A program made the position numbers and the translations under genes. 64,000 bases of DNA from Limisphaerales bacterium. Its GTDB lineage: Bacteria > Verrucomicrobiota > Verrucomicrobiia > Limisphaerales > Palsa-1400. Below, piece by piece: positions 58,407 to 64,000 of this stretch. The stretch spans positions 1,338 to 65,337 of the forward strand of contig JBKQWF010000243.1 of NCBI GenBank assembly GCA_052139695.1. The letters run 5' to 3'. A model generated the notes under the pieces. The model was not told the DNA's origin and did not search any database. It saw only the letters and a list, made by a program, of their open reading frames with translations. Numbering within the stretch: the stretch's first letter is position 1; every line of letters starts with the position of its first letter.

Positions 58407-58916
58407 CTATTTTCCCAATTCCAATCGTTTTGGTTGTTCTTCCCCTTCCACTTTGACCAAGACATAGTCGGGGCCGATTTCCACGCAGCGCACACGGACG
58501 CGGCCATCGGGCACACGCACCGATGAGGTTTCGCCCACCGCCATAGCCTCGCTGTTGATCAGCGCAAACCGGCGCGTTTTGGAGCCGACCACGCCCTTCA
58601 GGACGAGGACCGGCACGACGGGCGCCGGGTTTGACCCGGCGGCGCCCTGCGCTGCCGGCGTTGGCGCCGGGTCGCGGCGATGCGACTTGGGGAAAAAAGG
58701 GTCTTTGCCTTGCGCCGGCGGCAAATCTTCAAAAACTGAAACGTACTGCGAAGAAAGTCCGTTTGTAGCCGTGGCCGACGGGCTCGCGGGCGCCGCGGCA
58801 GGCTTGGCCGCGGGCCGAGGCGGCGGGCGTTTGTCGCAACCGGCGACACAAAGCAGCACCAATCCCATAACCGCCAGGACAGTTGGGCGTCTGTCAAATG
58901 TTGGTTGGATGCTCAT
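58407..58916 (-). CDS. PilP-like lipoprotein
   Basis: Lipobox 'VAGC'; 'KDPF.P'; 'L.LKGVVG....FALIN'. Confidence 0.7.
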   Translation of the reverse strand: MSIQPTFDRRPTVLAVMGLVLLCVAGCDKRPPPRPAAKPAAAPASPSATATNGLSSQYVSVFEDLPPAQGKDPFFPKSHRRDPAPTPAAQGAAGSNPAPVVPVLVLKGVVGSKTRRFALINSEAMAVGETSSVRVPDGRVRVRCVEIGPDYVLVKVEGEEQPKRLELGK

Positions 58917-59497
58917 TTTGTGTCGCTGGCAACCATGGGCGTGACGACGTCAAAAGTGAAGTTGAGTTTTTCCGGCTGAATGCCGGGGCCGCTATTGGCG
59001 GAAACGGCCAGGTTCTGGATGTAAAAGTAAGGGAAACTGTTTTCAAAATCAGCGCAAAACGCGCCGAAATCGTGGTAATAACCTGTGCCTTTAAGATGAA
59101 AAGTCGCCCAGCGGTAGGGAAAGTTCGAGATCAAGCCCAGATCGGTAACGTCCGGCTGGCTGTAGGAGTAAATACTCACTCCTTTGCGCGAGAGGATGAA
59201 GGGTTTGATGGTTTGGATAATCCAGGCATACGCATCCCTGTCGGGCGCCAAGGTGGCTTCGCGGTTGGTTAAGCTCGAATTATGGGCCTGTAACCGGTCC
59301 GCGATTTCTTCGCTTTGACGCATGATGCCTTCCGCCCGGTTGAGTTTCGCGCGGATGTCGGCGGCTTTTTTTTGGGTGCCCTGGAGCTGGGTTTGTTCCG
59401 CCTGCACGACGAAGTACCAGAGCAGCGCGATCAGAAACGGGGCGGCAATAGCGGTGGCGAGAATCTGATCTCGCTGGTTCTTGTTCAGCTTGTTCAC
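58913..59497 (-). CDS. PilO/GspM-like bitopic protein
   Basis: TM + coiled coil; 'G.Y.DFG.F....E......I..L'. Confidence 0.7.
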   Translation of the reverse strand: MNKLNKNQRDQILATAIAAPFLIALLWYFVVQAEQTQLQGTQKKAADIRAKLNRAEGIMRQSEEIADRLQAHNSSLTNREATLAPDRDAYAWIIQTIKPFILSRKGVSIYSYSQPDVTDLGLISNFPYRWATFHLKGTGYYHDFGAFCADFENSFPYFYIQNLAVSANSGPGIQPEKLNFTFDVVTPMVASDTK

Positions 59498-60168
59498 CGC
59501 GCCGGGCCCTCAGGGAAATGCGAAACCAAAGCAAACGTGACGAACTGTTTGATTGGGTCCGACGGGTCAACAGAGGCCTGGCTTAAAGTGCCGTCCAGCA
59601 CAAATCCGTTGCGACGCTGGAGGTGTTTGAGAAAGTATTCGCAATTGCTGAGGCTTTCCTTGTAACGGATGTAACCCTGCTGATTGGGGGAGCTGTCCTT
59701 GGCCATGAGATTGAGGGTGATGCTTTCCACGACGCCGCCGGGAATGATGACCTTGCTGGAGCCGCTGCCCAGAACGCGGGATTCTTGCTTGGTGTGCGTT
59801 TGTTCGCCGGAGACCTTCAAAATCTGGATGTCGTCCACCATCGTTTTTTGCAGGGTGTTGAGGAGCGGCGCCCAGAGAAAACGGTTGGTGCTCAGTGTAT
59901 CCAGTGCCGCCAGCTTTTGGTCCACGGCGGTGGTTTTTATCAGGTTATTGGTAACAGCGGCGTATTTGGAGTTGATTTCTTCAAACCGCTTCTCCACCCG
60001 GCTGTATTCGGCGAGGCTGAAATAAACATCCAATTGGAGCTTGAGCATCCAAAGGAGGACGAGGCAAACGCAAAAGCCAGCCACCCAAATGGCGCGTTTG
60101 ACTGGGTCTTTTCGCCGCAGCTCTTCCGCTGCCTGGGCCTCTGCCAAGAGGTTTATTCTAATTGGCAT
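59494..60168 (-). CDS. PilN-like bitopic protein
   Basis: 'RINLL' PilM-binding-type motif, TM, coiled coil, 'W..LL..L'. Confidence 0.75.
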   Translation of the reverse strand: MPIRINLLAEAQAAEELRRKDPVKRAIWVAGFCVCLVLLWMLKLQLDVYFSLAEYSRVEKRFEEINSKYAAVTNNLIKTTAVDQKLAALDTLSTNRFLWAPLLNTLQKTMVDDIQILKVSGEQTHTKQESRVLGSGSSKVIIPGGVVESITLNLMAKDSSPNQQGYIRYKESLSNCEYFLKHLQRRNGFVLDGTLSQASVDPSDPIKQFVTFALVSHFPEGPAR

Positions 60169-60498
60169 ACGGAACTGGAGAATTCCCCCATCTGCGATCG
60201 CGGACAGTTTGGGGGGTGGGAATACTCAGTCCAACAGCCAATAGGAAGCCCGACCGCTGGCGTGGTTAACGCTGCCAACAGGTCGGTTGGTGCATAACTA
60301 ACCCCTATGTTGGCGTATTTTGGTAGAATAGACAACTGCATGGCTTGGCTGACCCATTTATAAGCAAATCTGTTTAATAATTGCAAGCAGCAACTCACAG
60401 CAGATGCTGCAAGCAATACTTAGACCATCGGAATGTCAGCGCAAAAGCTTAAGCGAAAACATCTCCCGGACCTTTGGCGCGGCGTTTTTCTTCTCGCG

Positions 60499-61128
60499 CT
60501 AGGTTTCTGCTTCGCTCTTTTCCCCTTCCTCGGCAGGTTCTTCCTCTTCCTCTTCCTCTTTTTCCTCGGCTTCCGATTCTTCGGTCATTTTCGCCGCGCC
60601 AACAAACAAGCCGGTGAAGAGCCCGCCGCTGGTCAGGGTGTTGCGAAAGAATTCCCAGGTCGGCGGATGGCCGGGCATCCCTTGGGTCAAGGCCTGGATC
60701 CAGCCGGCCAATGTCTTGGAATAGGACAAAGTGATCCAGGACATGGAATTGGTGATCAGGTAAAATAATATCGCGCCGGTTAATCCGCCGCCCAGGAGCA
60801 GCCACCACGGTTTTTTGGCCACGTCCTTTCCACCCATGAACCGTCCCAGGGCTATGATCGTGGCGTAGGCGAGATAATTGGGGGATTGATCCACCAAAAA
60901 ACGTCCCCAGGAGACGTGGATATGATAGAAGAGCGGCGTAATGAGGAGATCACTCACGAGCATGACCACAATGGGGCCGAGCCAGCCCGCCATTCCCGGC
61001 CAGTAAAGCCCCGCGCAGAAAATCAGCGCGTAGGCCGCGCTGAAGTTTGGCGGCATCAGCCCCGGCCACCGGCTTAACCAAAAGACCACGACCATCAGCA
61101 CTGAGAGCCAAAGTTGCTTCCTCTTCAC
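60499..61128 (-). CDS. DUF6580-like (ECF S-component-like) membrane protein with an acidic tail
   Basis: 'R......PNFS...A...C.G.Y', 'SD', 'FYLITN..SW....Y.....G..Q....G.P...FFRN'. Confidence 0.75.
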   Translation of the reverse strand: MKRKQLWLSVLMVVVFWLSRWPGLMPPNFSAAYALIFCAGLYWPGMAGWLGPIVVMLVSDLLITPLFYHIHVSWGRFLVDQSPNYLAYATIIALGRFMGGKDVAKKPWWLLLGGGLTGAILFYLITNSMSWITLSYSKTLAGWIQALTQGMPGHPPTWEFFRNTLTSGGLFTGLFVGAAKMTEESEAEEKEEEEEEEPAEEGEKSEAET

Positions 61129-61225
61129 ATCGCCAGTATGCCGCGGCCGCGGCCAAGGGCAAGCCTTCCTCCTTATTCCTCAATTGCGCCAGACGCGCAA
61201 TGCTCTACACTGCGAGGCGAGAACA

Positions 61226-61957
61226 ATGTCGGACGGACCCGTTATCAGCCTGGTGGTTCCTTGTTATAATGAGGAGGAGACCCTTCGCGCTTTTTTTCAA
61301 GCGGCGCAAGCAGCCCTGGAGCCGCTCCAACTGGCCTATGAGATTATCGTGACGGATGATGGCAGCGCCGATTCTTCATGGCCAGTGCTGAAGGAATATG
61401 CCACGCGCGATCCACGCATCCGGGCGCAGCGCTTCGCGGCCAACTACGGGCAATCAGCCGCCCTCTGGGCTGGCCTGAAAGCGGCCCGCGGCCGTTACCT
61501 CATTACCATGGACACCGATTTGCAAAACGATCCCGCGGATGTGCCGGCTTTTCTGGAGGCGCTCAAGCGCTATGATTGCGTCTGTGGCACGCGCGTGGCG
61601 GCGCGGCGGCAGGGGGATAATTGGGTGCGCATCGCCTCCTCGCGCATTGCCAATTGGGTGCGCAACAAACTCTCGGGCGAGCAAATCGAGGACGCGGGCT
61701 GCACCTACCGGGCGTTTAAGCGCGAATGCATAGCGGACTTGAAGTTTTTTAAGGGCATGCACCGGTTTTTGCCGACACTGGTGAAAATGGAAGGGTTTAC
61801 CGTGACGGAAATACCGATTTCGCACCACCCGCGCTTTGCCGGCCAGACCCATTACGGGGTTTGGAACCGGCTCTTCGCCTCTTTTTATGATTTACTGGCC
61901 GTGCGGTGGATGAAACGGCGCATGTTCCGCTTTCACATTGCCGAGCGCATCAATTAG
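61226..61957 (+). CDS. GT2 glycosyltransferase (DPM1/ArnC-like)
   Basis: 'VVPCYNEEE', 'DDGS.D', 'NYGQSAA..AG', 'MDTDLQNDP', 'HRFLP'. Confidence 0.92.
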   Translation: MSDGPVISLVVPCYNEEETLRAFFQAAQAALEPLQLAYEIIVTDDGSADSSWPVLKEYATRDPRIRAQRFAANYGQSAALWAGLKAARGRYLITMDTDLQNDPADVPAFLEALKRYDCVCGTRVAARRQGDNWVRIASSRIANWVRNKLSGEQIEDAGCTYRAFKRECIADLKFFKGMHRFLPTLVKMEGFTVTEIPISHHPRFAGQTHYGVWNRLFASFYDLLAVRWMKRRMFRFHIAERIN

Positions 61958-63168
61958 CCGAGGCGATCTTTTGCGCAGGCCAAAAACCAGGGCGTGCTGG
62001 CCAGGGCTCCCCATCCCGTGGGATCGTGATTGGCCACAAAGATGGCGCGCAACGTTTCATCGTAGGGGACCAAAGCCGCCCAAAGAACGCCCGGCGTATT
62101 CTTCCAGCGTTCATCGGGTTCGCCGCCGTCGATGCGCTGAAATTTGGCCCCTTTCGTTTGCTGGTTCCACATGAAATCGCGGTTCGTCGCAATGAGCCGC
62201 TGTAAATCGTCGTGGGAGAAAACCAGTTGGTGCTCGAAGGCTGTGACGATGCCTTCCAGATCGATCCCGTAATAGCCTCCGTTCGGATGGACGCCCACCC
62301 AATGCCGTGTCGAGCCATCTTCCTTGTAATCCCACGGCCCGGCGGGTTCCCAGTAGTTCCAGACGAAGTATTTGCCGCCGTCGCGAGTGTGCAGGCGCGA
62401 TTTCATCACCCGCCACCATTTTTCCGCGTGCTCCCGATAGACCGGCTTGCCCGTCACGTCGTAGAGGGAAATGAGCCAGGTGGCGATCAGGTTTTGCTTG
62501 TTGTCAGGGTTGGACAGTCCGTCGGTACCGCGCCGCGCGTAACCGTCCGTCCACTGGCCTGTTTGCCGGTCCATGCCGAACGTCGGCACGACCCACACTC
62601 CGCCCTCCTTCACCTCGCGCCAGCAACCGCGGGCGATCCATTTGTCAAAGGTGCTTTCGGCCAATTGAACCCATCGGTCTGTAGTCGCGCCGAACTTCGC
62701 CCGCAATGCCGGGTCGCGGCGCACCTTGGCGGCCGCGAACAGGAGCGGGCGTAATCCCATGGCTTCTCCGAGCAGGCTATCGGTGTAAAGACGTTCGGCC
62801 TCCGCGCCGCCGGTGCCGCTCTTGGGCCAGCCGGCAAAGCCATCCGGTTCCTTAATAGCGCGCTTCGTCCAGGCGTCTCCCCAGTCCACTAATTTCAGCA
62901 TCCAGTCGGGATCGCCCGTGGCGCGCCAGCCATAATAAAAGCCGTAAAGCACCGGGCTGACAACCCAGCCGATTTCCTCGCTCATTTCCCGGTCGCAGGT
63001 GCGATTGCGCGCTTCGCCCAGAATGTTCTTTTTCCATCTCGCCTGCCAATCGCCGGCCAAAGCGGGATCGATGGACACCGAAGGAGCGGCCGTCACGCTG
63101 CCAGCGCGGCAGGCCGTCCAGGCGGCCAGGGCGGCTGTCTCCTTAAGGAATTGACGGCGGTTGCGCAT
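61954..63168 (-). CDS. Tat-exported, Trp-rich hypothetical protein (possible alpha/alpha-toroid carbohydrate-active fold)
   Basis: 'NRRQFLK' signal; 'LYDVTG..VYRE.A.K'. Confidence 0.7.
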   Translation of the reverse strand: MRNRRQFLKETAALAAWTACRAGSVTAAPSVSIDPALAGDWQARWKKNILGEARNRTCDREMSEEIGWVVSPVLYGFYYGWRATGDPDWMLKLVDWGDAWTKRAIKEPDGFAGWPKSGTGGAEAERLYTDSLLGEAMGLRPLLFAAAKVRRDPALRAKFGATTDRWVQLAESTFDKWIARGCWREVKEGGVWVVPTFGMDRQTGQWTDGYARRGTDGLSNPDNKQNLIATWLISLYDVTGKPVYREHAEKWWRVMKSRLHTRDGGKYFVWNYWEPAGPWDYKEDGSTRHWVGVHPNGGYYGIDLEGIVTAFEHQLVFSHDDLQRLIATNRDFMWNQQTKGAKFQRIDGGEPDERWKNTPGVLWAALVPYDETLRAIFVANHDPTGWGALASTPWFLACAKDRLG

Positions 63169-63181
63169 AAGATGGTCCTCG

Positions 63182-64000
63182 CTAGTCAAACATTTTTCCA
63201 GGGTTCAGAATGCCGTTCGGATCAATGGCGCGCCGGAACTGGCGCGTGGCTTCCATCTGCACGTCGCCCAGAAAGGCGGGGAGAAAGGACTTTTTGGAAA
63301 GGCCAACGCCATGCTCGCCCGTGATCGTGCCGCCCAGGCGGACAGCTTCGTCAAAAATCTCGTGAAACGCCTCCTCCACCCGGTGCATTTCCTCATGGTT
63401 CCGTTCGTCGGTGAGAAAGGTGGGATGGAGATTGCCATCGCCCATGTGGCCGAAGGTGCCGATGCGTAAATTATATTTTTTTCCGATGCCCTCGACAAAC
63501 CGGATCATGCGGGCCAGTTCGCTGCGCGGCACGGTGGCATCCTCCAAAATCGTGGTGGGCGCGACGCGGGCCAGGGCGGAAAAGGCGCTGCGGCGGGCGC
63601 TGGCCAATTTGTCCCCTTCCGCCTGGTCGCGCGCGACGCGGACTTCTTTGCAGCCCTTCTGGCGGCAAATCTCCTCCATGCGCGCGGCTTCGTCCGCCAC
63701 CGCCGCCGCATGGCCGTCGGTTTCCATCAGCAAGAGCGCCTCGCAATCCAGCGGCAGTCCGATTTTGGCATAATCCTCCACGCAGTGGATGGTGGTGCGG
63801 TCCAGGAATTCGAGTGTACAGGGAATGATCGGCTCGGCGATGATGGCTGAAACCGCCTCGGCCGCGCGGTCCATTTGCGAGAAAGTCGCCAGCATCGTTT
63901 TTTTCGCGGCCGGCTTGGGAATCAGTTTGAGGAGGACCTTGGTAATGACTCCCAAGGTGCCTTCCGAGCCGACGAACAGGTCTTTGATCGAATAGCCCGC
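63182..64000 (-). CDS. glcD: FAD-linked oxidase, GlcD-like (5'-truncated by window edge)
   Basis: 'GY...LFVGSEGTLGVIT', 'ED..VPRS', 'FGH.GDGNLHP', 'GG.ITGEHGVG', 'DP...LNPGK'. Confidence 0.88.
   Translation of the reverse strand, partial: AGYSIKDLFVGSEGTLGVITKVLLKLIPKPAAKKTMLATFSQMDRAAEAVSAIIAEPIIPCTLEFLDRTTIHCVEDYAKIGLPLDCEALLLMETDGHAAAVADEAARMEEICRQKGCKEVRVARDQAEGDKLASARRSAFSALARVAPTTILEDATVPRSELARMIRFVEGIGKKYNLRIGTFGHMGDGNLHPTFLTDERNHEEMHRVEEAFHEIFDEAVRLGGTITGEHGVGLSKKSFLPAFLGDVQMEATRQFRRAIDPNGILNPGKMFD

Noticed and set aside
60153-60416. 87-aa ORF upstream of pilN-like as a pilM remnant
   Set aside because: No actin-like motifs; AT-rich promoter-type sequence

Overview
GC-rich bacterial DNA. 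Gene content (DUF1501 and DUF1549/DUF1553 cytochrome pair, ebo genes, many secreted proteins ending in a W...FY/FFR motif) points to Verrucomicrobiota or a related PVC lineage; this is an inference. About 50 coding regions are recognisable. Core or housekeeping genes: rnhB, yraN, der, thiD, an NtrC-type regulator, a glcD-like oxidase and a GT2. Accessory content: a frameshifted group II intron apparently inserted in the last codons of a TPP-dependent decarboxylase gene; an MCP/CheW pair in which both proteins carry a CZB zinc-binding insert; a partial ebo cluster; a minor-pilin operon ending in a membrane protein with a cytoplasmic DUF4357-like domain; an ACP/SDR/FabH/acyltransferase cassette; and a TA/defence-rich stretch (pRiA4b-ORF3 pair, vapC genes, a 1.25-kb insertion that splits a palindrome, AEP-helicase-DUF559 fusion). 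The best candidate for an undescribed system is a PilN/O/P-like plus secretin operon running directly into two paralogous giant secreted proteins (NHL propeller, cohesin-like, dockerin-like, cohesin-like, shared C-terminal domain), which could self-assemble on the cell surface. No rRNA, tRNA or CRISPR array was seen. All family assignments are by eye from motifs; no searches were run.
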